Origin: an uncultured Methanoregulaceae archaeon
GTDB taxonomy: Archaea; Halobacteriota; Methanomicrobia; Methanomicrobiales; Methanospirillaceae
Assembly (NCBI GenBank): GCA_963717525.1
Contig: OY970343.1
Location: forward strand, 1,280,001-1,344,000
DNA length: 64,000 nucleotides
Direction of reading: 5' to 3'
Part shown: piece by piece, positions 20,468 through 31,315 of the stretch
How the letters are laid out: every line of letters starts with the position of its first letter
Position numbering within the stretch: the first letter of the stretch is position 1
Program-made: the position numbers and the translations under genes
The notes under the pieces: generated by a model
The model's database searches: none
Told to the model about the DNA's origin: nothing
What the model saw: only the letters and a program-made list of their open reading frames with translations

Positions 20468-21926
20468 AACGACACGCAGCCTTTGCCCGACCTGCTACTC
20501 CGTCATTGATGCGAAAATTGTCGAAGAAGATGATACTATCTGGCTCGATCGGACTTGTCCGTCACACGGGAATTTTCGGCACTTGTACTGGTCGGATGCC
20601 CGTATGTATCACCGGTTCGACAAGTACGATGCAGTAGGAAACGGGATCGCCAATCCCCAGAACCCCGGTGCGCCAGCCAACAGTTGTCCGACAGCCTGCG
20701 GTTTGTGCAACAACCACCATTCCCAGACGCTTCTTGCAAATATCGATCTGACCAATCGCTGCAACCTCGACTGCGACTTCTGCTTTGCCAATGCCCGGGC
20801 CTGCGGTTTTGTCTACGAGCCCGAATTTGATGATGTCGTTCGGATGCTACAGGTACTGCGGGACGAGAAGCCTGTCCCGGCTCCTGCGGTACAATTCTCC
20901 GGTGGTGAACCCACGATGAGGGAGGACCTGCCGGATATTATCCGGAAGGCTAAGGCGATGGGGTTCCCCCAGGTGCAGATCGCAACAAATGGTGTCAAAC
21001 TGGCAAAAAAGCCGAATTTTGCCCGCGAACTCAAGGATGCCGGCCTCGATACGGTCTACCTCCATTTTGATGGGGTGACCACTGAGACGAATCCCTTCCT
21101 TGCTACCCACAAAAAGACGCTTGAGAACCTCAGGAAAGCCGGGCTCGGAACTGTGCTTGTGCCGACGGTTATCCGGGGACGGAATGATCATCAGCTGGGG
21201 GATATCATCCGGTTTGCCATTGAGAATATCGCTTTCGTGCGAGGGGTGAACTTCCAGCCGATCGCATTTACCGGCGCTGCCAGCGATGAAGACCTCCAGA
21301 ATGCCAGGATCACTATTCCCGATGTCCTCGCCCGGGTCGAGAGCCAGATGGACGGGATTCTCAAAAAGGACGACTTCTACCCGGTCCCGTGCGTCCTTCC
21401 ATTCTCGGATCTCGTGGAGGCCTATACGGGCAGGCCGCAGGTAAGATTTACCGCCCACCAGCACTGCGGGGCAGCAACGTATGTTTTCGTGCAGAAAGAG
21501 GGGGTGGTCCCGATCACCCGCATGGTCGATGTGGAGAGTTTCTTTGAATCGATAGAGTACATGGCCGGGACCCTCCGGAAAGGCGGCACCATAAACAAGT
21601 ACAAGGCGCTTCTCGCAGGGGTCAAAGGCCTGCACAGTTCCGTGAAGAAAGGGGAGCAGGGCAATACCGCGGAGTTCTGGAAGCTGATTGGCAAGACCCT
21701 GATAGGCCAGAATTTCGACGCGCTCCGGGAGTTCCACTGGAACGCACTTTTCATAGGAGTCATGCACTTTATGGACAGGTACAATTACGATATCGAGCGG
21801 GTCCAGCGCTGCTGCATCCATTACGCAACCCCTGACGGGAAACTGATCCCCTTCTGCACCTATAACAGTGGCCCGGTATACCGGGAGCAGGTCTGGAAGA
21901 AGTTTGCTAGGAAGCCGGATACGTAA
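20457..21926 (+). CDS. tes: Tetraether lipid synthase (GDGT-MAS, MJ0619 family radical SAM)
   Basis: N-terminal CPTC..CPSHG, CPTACGLC..H, CNLDCDFC, C-terminal HQHCG and CCIHYATPDGKLIPFC. Confidence 0.88.
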   Translation: MLIKTTRSLCPTCYSVIDAKIVEEDDTIWLDRTCPSHGNFRHLYWSDARMYHRFDKYDAVGNGIANPQNPGAPANSCPTACGLCNNHHSQTLLANIDLTNRCNLDCDFCFANARACGFVYEPEFDDVVRMLQVLRDEKPVPAPAVQFSGGEPTMREDLPDIIRKAKAMGFPQVQIATNGVKLAKKPNFARELKDAGLDTVYLHFDGVTTETNPFLATHKKTLENLRKAGLGTVLVPTVIRGRNDHQLGDIIRFAIENIAFVRGVNFQPIAFTGAASDEDLQNARITIPDVLARVESQMDGILKKDDFYPVPCVLPFSDLVEAYTGRPQVRFTAHQHCGAATYVFVQKEGVVPITRMVDVESFFESIEYMAGTLRKGGTINKYKALLAGVKGLHSSVKKGEQGNTAEFWKLIGKTLIGQNFDALREFHWNALFIGVMHFMDRYNYDIERVQRCCIHYATPDGKLIPFCTYNSGPVYREQVWKKFARKPDT

Positions 21927-22235
21927 GATTATGATTGCCGTTCTCGATGTTAATGATAAATTGATTTCTGTGGCGTTAACAGGACTTAATGAATACTTAA
22001 TATCGTCGTAACTCATCAATGTTGACAATATAATTGTCTCGAAGTCGCACCAGAACCTGTCACATGATTTCGGGATGGGATGGTGCTGTTGCGTTTAAGG
22101 TTGGTGACAAATAGTTTACCTCGTTAAAATATTCAAATCAACCGCCAGTGCAACAGCACCCATGTAACGAACCAAAACTGTATATATCCTCTTGGGCGAT
22201 TACCAACTATCGAATGTCGATGGAGTGAATGAGAT

Positions 22236-24198
22236 ATGGCACAAGAAGAACCAAAGCCGGTGCTGGTCCGGGAACGGCTTGATGTCTGCGAGCTGGACCG
22301 GGCCCGGATGTCCCTGATGAACCCTGCACTCATTGAGCAGAAGAAACAGGAGCGTACGATCGACGAGAATGCAAAGCCCCTCCTCGAGATGGCGATGAAA
22401 GAGGGCCTCGAGACAGTCTGGGACCGGCACGAGATGCAGCAGCCACCCTGTAAGTACTGCGAGGCGGGGACCTCCTGCATGAGATGTACGATGGGGCCGT
22501 GCCGGATTATCCCGCCCCACCGCATCCGCGGCGTCTGCGGAGCTGATGTCGACCTTATCGTCGCCCGCAACCTGCTTGACACGATCGCGACCGGTTCGGC
22601 GGCCCATTCCGATCACGGCCGTGACATCGTCGAGACGCTGTATCTCGTAGGGATGGGAAAGGCCAAAGACTACGGCATCGCCGATCCGGACAAACTGCGT
22701 GTGCTCGCAAAAGAGTACGGCATCGAACTCGAAAGCAAAAGCAATGAGAAACTTGCCGCCGAACTCGGCCGCGCCATGCTCGAAGAGTACGGCATGGTGA
22801 AAAACACCCTCCAACTTCTCAACCGGGCTCCGAAAGCGACCCGGGAGATCTGGGACAAACTCGGGATCTCCCCGAGGGGGATCGACCGCGAGGTGGTGGA
22901 TTGTATGCACCGGATCCAGATGGGAGTCGGTGCGGATTATGTCAACATCCTGCTGCAGGGCCTGCGCTGCAGCCTCTCGGACGGCTGGGGAGGGTCGATG
23001 CTTGGCACCGATGTCTCGGATGTCCTCTTCGGGACGCCGACCATTAAGGAATCGAAGGTGAACCTTGCGGTACTTAAGGCTGACCACGTCAACATTGCTG
23101 TCCACGGCCACAACCCGGTCCTCTCCGAGATGGTGGTAAAAGCAGTCTCTGATCCCGAACTCGTGGCGCTTGCAAAGAAGAACGGCGCAAAAGGCATCAA
23201 CCTGGTCGGGCTCTGCTGCACGGGCAGTGAGCTTCTGATGAGAAAGGGCATCCCGATGTCCGGCAACCACTTCAACCAGGAACTGGTCATCATGACCGGG
23301 GCGCTCGAGGCGATGATCGTTGATTACCAGTGCATCTTCCCCTCGCTGCCGAGGACCGCCAGCTGCTTCCACACACTGATCATCTCGACCAGTGCCAAGG
23401 CAAAAATACCGGGATCGTACTACTTCGATTTCAGCGCGGACAAGGGTCTTGTGACCGCAAAGGCAATCGTCAGGATGGCTGTCGAGAACTTCAAGAACCG
23501 CAACCACATGCGGGTGTTGATCCCGGGTAAGCCAGTTCCACTCATGTCAGGATTCTCTAACGAAGCAATCAAAAAGGCGCTGGGTGGGTCATTCAAACCC
23601 CTTATCGATGTCATCGCTGCCGGTAAGATCAGAGGTGCAGTCGGTATTGTCGGGTGCAACAACCCGCACGTGAAACATGACTATGGCCATGTGACCCTGT
23701 CAAAGGCACTGATTAAAAAGAACATCCTCTGTGTCGAGACCGGGTGTGCAGCGATCGCCTCGGGAAAGGCCGGGCTTCTCATGCCGTCTGCCGCCGCCCT
23801 TGCGGGCGACGATCTGCGGGCAGTCTGCGAATCGTTAAAGATCCCGCCCGTGCTCCACATGGGTTCCTGCGTGGACAACTCCCGTATCCTCGTGCTCGCG
23901 GCCGAACTGGGCAATGCGCTCAACGTCCCGATCCACAAGCTGCCCATCGCCGGCGCAGCACCGGAATGGTCACTCGCAGAAGGCGGTCTCGATCGGCACC
24001 TACTTCGTTGCGTCGGGCGTTTATACCGTGCTCGGCGTGATGCCGCATATCTCCGGCAGCCCGGCCGTGGTCTCGCTCCTGACCGACGGCCTCAAGGGTG
24101 CGGTGAACGCAAACTTTGCCGTTGAGCCCGACCCGGTCAAGGCGGCCATGCTGATCGAGAACCATATCGAAAAGAAGCGTGTCGAGCTCGGGATATGA
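22236..24198 (+). CDS. cooS: Anaerobic Ni,Fe CO dehydrogenase catalytic subunit, frameshifted at ~23971
   Basis: B-cluster CMRCTMGPC..GVCG; C-cluster ligands in HGHNP, GLCCTG, DYQC, VGCNN, TGCA, GSCVDN; removing one C restores PEWYSQKA. Confidence 0.93.
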
Positions 24199-25081
24199 GC
24201 AGATATGGAGAGCCACGCGGTGCACCGGTAGCCGGCAACGGCAATTTTTTCTCTGAAGGCAAGAATGGAATACGGATCGTAATTACTGGGAAAGGCGGGG
24301 TCGGCAAGACCACCATCACCGCCCTTCTCGCCCACCTGTTTGCACAGCAAGGGTTCCGTGTGCTTGCCATAGACGGCGATCCCCAGCAGAATCTCGCGGT
24401 TACCTTGGGCATCCCGCCACCGGTGGCAGAGCTAATTGTCCCGGTCTCCAAAAGTGTGGAGTACCTGCGCGAAAAGACCGGCGCGGCCCGGACATCTCCC
24501 CGGGCGGGCTTCTTACCCTCAATCCGGATGTGAGTGACGTGGTTGACCGGTTCTCCATTCCTGTGGTGGATAACCTGCGGCTCCTTGTCATGGGAGGGAT
24601 CAGGCAGGCCGGTTCTGGCTGCCTCTGCCCCGAGTATACTCTTCTTACCGCAATCCTCCGGCATATGCATACCCTCAAAGACGAAGTGATTCTTCTGGAT
24701 ACTCCGGCGGGTCTTGAGCATTTTGGCAGAGCGGTCGCGGACGGGTTTTCCTGCGCAGTTATAATGGCAGATCCTACCTATAATGCCCTTTCTGTAGCAC
24801 GGGAATCTGCTGCGCTGGCGCGACAACTGGGAATCGGGCATATCATTCTTGTCGTGAATCGTGTTGGCAAACCGGAGGAACGAGACAAAGCACGTGAACG
24901 GGCAGGACGTCTCGACGAATTCTCCCGGGTGATGCTGCTTTCCTTTGATCCTGGCGTAATCGCTGCGGAACCTGAAATATGCCCACTCCTTTCGACCGAA
25001 TCGGATTTCATGCGTGAAATCAAATCCTTGGTAGTAACCATTACCCATCCTTCCGAAGTCCGCTCGCCAGATTTCTCGTGA
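24195..25081 (+). CDS. cooC: CO dehydrogenase nickel-insertion ATPase CooC, frameshifted at ~24486
   Basis: GKGGVGKTT, IDGDPQQNL, GSGCLCPE, LDTPAGLEHFGR. Confidence 0.9.
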
Positions 25082-25259
25082 GGGTACCACCTCAGGTTCT
25101 GTTGCGTTGGCGATTGATCGGTATTATGCCGAGGTGAAAAACCGATTGCAGACCCGGAACCCTGATTTCCCCCAATCGTGGAATGGCTGGCCAACATGTG
25201 GTATGCACTATCGTACCTATACAAACCTATAATTCCCCTTTCTCCTCTTAAACTCCCGT

Positions 25260-25865
25260 ATGCTAAAGATAATCGGGATTCTAGGGAGCCCGCTTCCTGA
25301 CGGCAATACAGCTCTGTTGCTCGATAAGGCCCTTGAGGGAGCAAAGGCAGCTGGTTGTGAAGTCGAGCTTATCGATGTAATTACTCTAGATATCCAGAGC
25401 TGTCAGGAGATTTATTATTGCAAGGATCATAACACCTGCATCTTAAATGATGATATGATCCCGATCTATCCGAAGGTTGCGGCACTGGACAGCCTGATCC
25501 TCGCCACACCTATCATGACAATGGGTATCCCGGGGCATCTCAAGTCGTTCATCGACCGGTTCCAGGTCTTTTATATGGCCAAATACTTCCGGAACGAGCC
25601 GCTTGTCTCTCCGGATCTGAAAAAGAGAAGAAAGAGCCTCTTCATCAGCATTTCCGGGATGGATATCCCCGGGGTGTTCAATGGAGCAAAACAGACGATA
25701 AAGGCGTTTTTTGACATTATTGATAGCCCCTACCATGACGAACTCCTCATCAGCGGTATGGATCAGATCAAAGACATAACGACGCGGCCGGATCTCCTCA
25801 ATAATGCTTATGCGAAGGGATTTGCCCTTGGGGCGTCGTTAATGGAATCGAGGCAGCCCGACTAA
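25260..25865 (+). CDS. Flavodoxin-like / NADPH-dependent FMN reductase
   Basis: GILGSP..GNTA.LL, CQEIYYC..C..DDM, LATPI. Confidence 0.85.
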   Translation: MLKIIGILGSPLPDGNTALLLDKALEGAKAAGCEVELIDVITLDIQSCQEIYYCKDHNTCILNDDMIPIYPKVAALDSLILATPIMTMGIPGHLKSFIDRFQVFYMAKYFRNEPLVSPDLKKRRKSLFISISGMDIPGVFNGAKQTIKAFFDIIDSPYHDELLISGMDQIKDITTRPDLLNNAYAKGFALGASLMESRQPD

Positions 25866-25882
25866 TCCGCCATTGTTACGAG

Positions 25883-26023
25883 GGTCCCATCATATTCCTC
25901 ACTGCATATCTAAATAAAGAAAAAATTGATGAGGCAAAGAGTATTTCACCCTCTGACTTTCTTAACAAGCCGTATCTGGAACATGATCTCCTTGCGGTAG
26001 TTGAGAAAGCATTTTTCAGGTAG
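25883..26023 (+). pseudogene. C-terminal half of a receiver domain
   Basis: Manual translation PIIFLTAY..IDEAKSISPSDFLNKPY..DL..VEKAF*, no start or N-terminal half. Confidence 0.7.
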
Positions 26024-26223
26024 TTCTTCATTATGGCAATATTCTATCGATTCCTCCCCGGTTTTCTCACTACGATTTTCCGGAACCGAAAAACCTTGAA
26101 TTTTGTATTTTACATCGTTCCTTTAATAGCAATTAAATGAAACAGAAAAATTTTTTCGCTTTATATCAATAAAATATGGATTTTATTAATGCCGAATGTC
26201 GAATCTTCAGTGTTTTTAGGAGT

Positions 26224-26695
26224 TTACTTTGCATTCGAGAACCGGTATGTACCTTCTGGAATCATCATCTCAAACCGCGCTCCATTCTCAGATTCGCCGG
26301 TTTCCCTGATGGTGATACCGGTGATTGCAAGAATCTCCCTTGCGAGGAATAACCCGTATCCTGTATTCTTTCCGAATCCTCTGGTGAAGATCTGATCTTT
26401 ATCCTGCTCGGGAATACCAATCCCATCGTCTTCAAAGACAAGAATTAGTTCTTTTTCTGTCTGCCGGTATGATACACGAATCCGGGTGACATGTTCACCA
26501 TGGCGGAGTGCATTTTCAATGAGATTGAAAAAGACTTTTTCGATGAGGAGGTCAGCATAAATCTCCAGATTTTCCGTATTGACTTCAATAGATACGGTCT
26601 CGGCATTTACCGTTGCAAATACTGACGAGATACTATTTTTTACATTATTCCATTGGGGCGGCTGTACGCCAACATTTTGGTAAATACGGGTGAAA
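26224..26695 (-). pseudogene. 5'-truncated histidine kinase (HATPase part only)
   Basis: Manual translation FTRIYQNVGVQPPQW..IYADLLIEKVFFNLIENALRHG..EDDGIGI..GFGKNTGYGLFL; no start codon or H-box. Confidence 0.85.
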
Positions 26696-26922
26696 GTACC
26701 GTCTCCCAGGTTCTGGTACGTTTTCGAGACTCGTTAAATACTGGGCTGGTGTTGAATTCGATGGAGTTATTTTCTTGAGTCACGATAACGCACCAGAACC
26801 GGTGAGGGTCGGCTTGGCGGACAAAAGAAAGGGGGACTCTTCCCCGATTCTTCACTAAAACAGCGCCGCCCGTATCTCGATTCTGTAAGAAAAAGGTTGA
26901 AGGGGTGCTGGGGGGTGGGGAT

Positions 26923-27780
26923 TTAGTAGGGCGGGGATTCATTCACGCCAAGGAAATTGAGCGTGGTCTCTCCATATTCAACGGGTGCGTACCCCGAGCC
27001 GATATGCGGGAGATCCTTGAACTCCACAAGCCATGACCCGTTGATCTGGCCTGCAATCTGGTGCGTCACGTTCGGGGGCGTGAGGATATCATCGGTACCA
27101 ACCGCAAGCATCACGCTCTTGTTGATCCCCGAGAGCTGGTCCCAGGTGCCGTTCCACGCAAGGTTTGCCTCGGCCTCTTTTTTCACCCCTGCAGATGCAG
27201 TGGGATCGAGAGCCGTTGCTTCGATCACTGCGTAGAGCACTCTGGTGTCGGGTATCCGTATGCTATAGGTGACAGATTCAAGCATCAGCTTCCGGACCCG
27301 CTCAGGATGATCGATTACCAGCTGCTGGCCAATCGAGGACCCCATCGAGGCCCCGTACACGTTCATGCTCGAATACCCAAGGGCCGGCATCAGGGCAGCC
27401 GCATCGTCCGAGTATTGGGATATTTCAGGTGTTGCATTCGTATCGCTGCTGTACCCCATGCCCCGGTTGTCGTAGATGTATACATGGTACTGCGAGGCGA
27501 GGATTCCAAGGAAGGTCCCGTTCCACATGGTATCCATAGTGGCATTGAATCCGCATATCATCAGGAGCGGCTCACCGGATCCAAACTCACGGTACCCAAG
27601 CCGCACCCCGTTAACATCGGCGTACTGGACGGGAATGGAGGTAACATTTATTGCAGGGGCCGTATTGACCGCCGGGGCCGCTGCTGGTGTGCTGGTCGTC
27701 GTGCTGCTCGTGCATCCGGTAACGAGAAGGATGGACAAAAGGACGGCAGCCGCGAGGAGGGTGGAGATCAGTTTCTTCAT
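26923..27780 (-). CDS. Alpha/beta hydrolase lipoprotein
   Basis: Lipobox LVTGC; DNRGMG, nucleophile GASMG, GTDD, H in LPHIG. Confidence 0.88.
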   Translation of the reverse strand: MKKLISTLLAAAVLLSILLVTGCTSSTTTSTPAAAPAVNTAPAINVTSIPVQYADVNGVRLGYREFGSGEPLLMICGFNATMDTMWNGTFLGILASQYHVYIYDNRGMGYSSDTNATPEISQYSDDAAALMPALGYSSMNVYGASMGSSIGQQLVIDHPERVRKLMLESVTYSIRIPDTRVLYAVIEATALDPTASAGVKKEAEANLAWNGTWDQLSGINKSVMLAVGTDDILTPPNVTHQIAGQINGSWLVEFKDLPHIGSGYAPVEYGETTLNFLGVNESPPY

Positions 27781-27937
27781 AAAAACACCGCCCGATCAAT
27801 GGAGAGGGGATAGTTCATAGTCGGAGTGCAGAGATATGAACATTCTTATTTCGCGGTCTTTGTGCGTTCCCGGCCGGATGCGTGCAGAAGATATCCTTCG
27901 GATATATTATATCGCGGCCCGTGGACATTCTGGATCA

Positions 27938-29005
27938 ATGAATGCCAGAACACAGTTCCTTCTTGCTTTTGCGGTCATGTTCGCGGTACTCGCCATTGTT
28001 GCCGCAGGCTGTACCGGAACAGCACCCTCATCCGGGCAGGGCAGCACCGGGACAGCGGCGAACGTGTCATCAGGAAACACGGGTATCCACACGATCTTTG
28101 TCGAGCCCAATGACGGCCGGGCGCTGATTCTCAAAACGATTAACGGTGCGCAAAAGACCATCACGCTCACCATCTACCAGCTCGATGACCCGGAGATCGT
28201 CGCCGCGTTGGCAGCAGCGCAAGGAAGGGGCGTCTCGGTACGGATCATCTACAACAATGCCTCGTTTGCGGCTGAAAACGTCACGAACCCGAACAACTAT
28301 GCGATCGCAAACCTTACCCCGCTCGGGGTTCAAATGATGCCTGGTTCTCCCGCATTTGTCCTCACCCACCAGAAGACGCTCACTGCAGACGGATCGGTCT
28401 CGATCATCATGACGCTCAACCTGGACCCGGCATTTTTTGGAACTACGCGGGATTTCGGGATTATAACCAATGACCCGGCAGAAGTACAGGAGATTGGGAA
28501 GGTGTTCGAAGCCGACTGGAATTACCAGAACGTGACGCCGACCCAGCCATCGCTCGTCTGGAGCCCGGTCAATGCGCGGGAAAAGATCCTCGGCCTGATT
28601 AACGGTTCTACAAAGACACTCGACGTCTATAATGACGCAATAACCGACCCTCAGGTGATCGCGGCACTCAGCGATGCAGCCAGGCGGGGGGTTGCCGTAC
28701 GGGTGCTTGCTGCCTATAATGTGGGCAGCAACGGGACGAACGTGAATGCACCGGCCCTTGCCACCCTCACTGCCAGCGGTGCCCAGGCAAAATCGATTGC
28801 GTCGCCATACATCCATGCCAAGGTGGCGGTTGCCGATTACGGGACACCCCGTCAGGTCGCGTACGTGGGGTCGGCATATTTTGCTGCGGAATCCCTGGAC
28901 CAGAGCCGCAACCTGGGGATCCTTGTGACGGAGCAACCGATCCTCGACCGGATTGAACTGGAATTCAACCAGGACTGGCAGGTTCCCGCCGTCCCGGAAC
29001 CTTAA
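27938..29005 (+). CDS. Phospholipase D superfamily lipoprotein
   Basis: Lipobox VAAGC; two HKD motifs HQKTLTAD and HAKVAVAD. Confidence 0.88.
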   Translation: MNARTQFLLAFAVMFAVLAIVAAGCTGTAPSSGQGSTGTAANVSSGNTGIHTIFVEPNDGRALILKTINGAQKTITLTIYQLDDPEIVAALAAAQGRGVSVRIIYNNASFAAENVTNPNNYAIANLTPLGVQMMPGSPAFVLTHQKTLTADGSVSIIMTLNLDPAFFGTTRDFGIITNDPAEVQEIGKVFEADWNYQNVTPTQPSLVWSPVNAREKILGLINGSTKTLDVYNDAITDPQVIAALSDAARRGVAVRVLAAYNVGSNGTNVNAPALATLTASGAQAKSIASPYIHAKVAVADYGTPRQVAYVGSAYFAAESLDQSRNLGILVTEQPILDRIELEFNQDWQVPAVPEP

Positions 29006-29162
29006 ACAGGTAAGGGTATCCGGGGCCGGGATATCCCTCTTTCTTTTACGCCACCGGCCCTGTATGCTGCCGGTGCCTGTGTGCCCGGGCCGTGTCGTCA
29101 TCCGTTGCGGTCCGGTGTCGCGCCCGCCCTTTCCCTGATGGCAGGGTACGTGCAGTGAACCG

Positions 29163-30699
29163 TTACGGGCCTCTCACGGACGGGGTGATATTGATATCGA
29201 GATACTGTCCCTGTGCCCGCGTGTAGTTCGGCCAGGTGATATCCATTCCTCCGTTCGGGTTCCCCGTCTTTGCAAAACGGGTCCAGAGATCCACGACATT
29301 GTCGGCCACGGCCGGATCCGTGCTCACCCCGGGGATCCCGAAGAGCAGGACGAGCTCGCTGCCATGGAATGCTCCCTCTGGCTGCCCGGGAATGATGTAC
29401 CAGTACCGGGTACATGTACGTGTCCGGGCTGATGTCGCTCATCGAGCCTGCCGCAAACTTCACCGAGTCGATGAAATCCCCGTTCTCCATGATCTGGGCA
29501 AGCTGGAGCTGGACTTGTGCTGTGGAATTGGCCGGGTACCGTGCGAAGACCGCGCCGGCACCGCTGCCGAACCGGCTCGCAAGGAAGGACCGGTATTCCG
29601 CAACGCTCATGTTGGCATCCGCAGAGAGCGTTGTCCCATCATTGGCATTATTCCCTGCCATCAGGGGGACCGCCGCCTCCTGGTGATTGAGGTACAGGTT
29701 GTCCAGGGTGTCCGGGAGGACCCACCCGTCAACGTTGGGCTCGAACATGACGGTATGGGTACTCCAGAACTCTGACGGGGACGACGGCGTTGCAGTGATG
29801 AGGGCATCGGGGCTGAGGTTTCTCATGCAGGCAATGGCATCCAGGCCGGAGCACCCGAGGCTTTGGGCATACCCAACGCCGAACTGTTCGGCATAATCCT
29901 TCGGATGGGTGGCGTTGATGATCGCCCCGTTGGCCCAGAATGGACCGCTCTCCACGATTGCCTGGGAAAACAGCCCCCTGCTCCCGGGAGAGACCAGATG
30001 GATGTAGACGCTCTCGGTCCCGGCGGACTGGCCAAAGATCGTTACCCGCGAGGGATCCCCGCCAAACGCGACGATGTTGTCCTGTACCCATTTCAGGGCT
30101 GCCTGCTGGTCGAGGATCCCGTAATTGCCCGAGGCATTATGCGGCGATTCACGGTCCAGATCCGGGTGGGCCAGAAAGCCCAGCGCCCCGAGCCGGTAGT
30201 TCGTGGTGACGACAATGACCCCTTTCTCTGCAAGGGTGGTCCCGTTGTACATGGGCATGGAGCCTTCAACGCCCGTAAATCCCCCGCCGTAGAAGAAGAC
30301 CATGACCGGCAGCCTGGCGCTCGCGTTCTGTGTCGGGGTCCAGACATTGAGGTACAGGCAGTCCTCGCTCATGTTCAGCGCGGGGACTCCCGGCAGGGAA
30401 GGCTCTGAGCCTTTTTGCGCCTGGGGGCAGGTTGCCCCGTATTCTGTTACCGCCTTCACGCCTTCCCAAGGTGTAACCGGGGCTGGGGGTCGCCAGCGGA
30501 GGTCCCCGACCGGCGGGGCTGCGAATGGGATCCCGAGATATACCTGAATGCCGCTTTGGTTTATTCCCGATACGAAGCCGGCATCGGTCTTTACGATCGT
30601 TGAGTCCTGCACTTGTTGCGTACAACCGGAAATCAATACCAGTCCGGCAACAATAAGGCAAGCTGCCAGAATATACCCCGCACGATGAATCCCTTGCAT
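29163..30699 (-). CDS. Type-B carboxylesterase lipoprotein, frameshifted at ~29409
   Basis: Lipobox LISGC; GIPFAAPPVGDLRW, SEDCLYLNVW, GGGF, GQSAG; removing one base restores FHGSEL..WTRFAKTGNPN..QYLDIN. Confidence 0.9.
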
Positions 30700-30890
30700 A
30701 CGAAACCTTGCCACCCTCCGTAACCAGAACGTATCAAACCGTATTCCGGCCTGATAACAAAGGACCTGCACATGCCGGCGTCAGCCGATTCTCGGTCTTT
30801 ACGGTATGGGGAGTATCATGCTGCCGGCGTTTAACTTTTCGGATCTGACTCGGCACATCACACGATTACTACAGTTGACATCCTGATGTC

Positions 30891-31235
30891 ATGAATTCCA
30901 GACCGCAGCTCGTTCTCACCGGTGCGGTCATGGTCGCGATCCTTACCGTTGTCGCCGCAGGCTGTACCGGGACGGCGCCCACCCCGGTCCAAGGCAGTAC
31001 GGCGACAACCGCGAACGTGTCATCGGGAAATCCGGACATCCATACGATCTTTGTCGAATCCAATGACGGCCGTGTGCTGGTTCTCAGAACGATCGCCAGT
31101 GCACAAAAAACCATCACTCTCACCATCTACCATCTCGACGACCCGGAGATTGTCGCCGCCTTGGCCACAGCATACCCGGGCGGGGGCCAGTACCTCGATA
31201 TCAACGATGCCCCGACGGTGATGAGCGGGTATTAA
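30891..31235 (+). pseudogene. Chimeric remnant: PLD-paralogue N-terminus fused to a carboxylesterase-like C-terminal tail
   Basis: First ~94 aa parallel the 27938 PLD; last ~20 aa (GQYLDIN.. P.V) parallel the esterase end. Confidence 0.75.
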
Positions 31236-31315
31236 GGCCGCACTTTTTTGGCAGGGGTCAGATATAATCCCTGCCGGCGCGAATGAATGTATGAACAACA
31301 AGGAGCTGAAGCCAT

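Noticed and set aside
23960..24500. Programmed frameshifting in cooS and cooC
   Set aside because: No slippery heptamers; same single-base indel pattern as in many unrelated genes in the window.
25095..25162. GGTTCTGTTGC...GGAACC as another IS6-like element
   Set aside because: Only the terminal few bases match; arms and 80-bp length are not conserved.
26902..26937. G-run cluster with G-quadruplex potential
   Set aside because: Overlaps the end of a CDS, is single-copy and has no supporting context.
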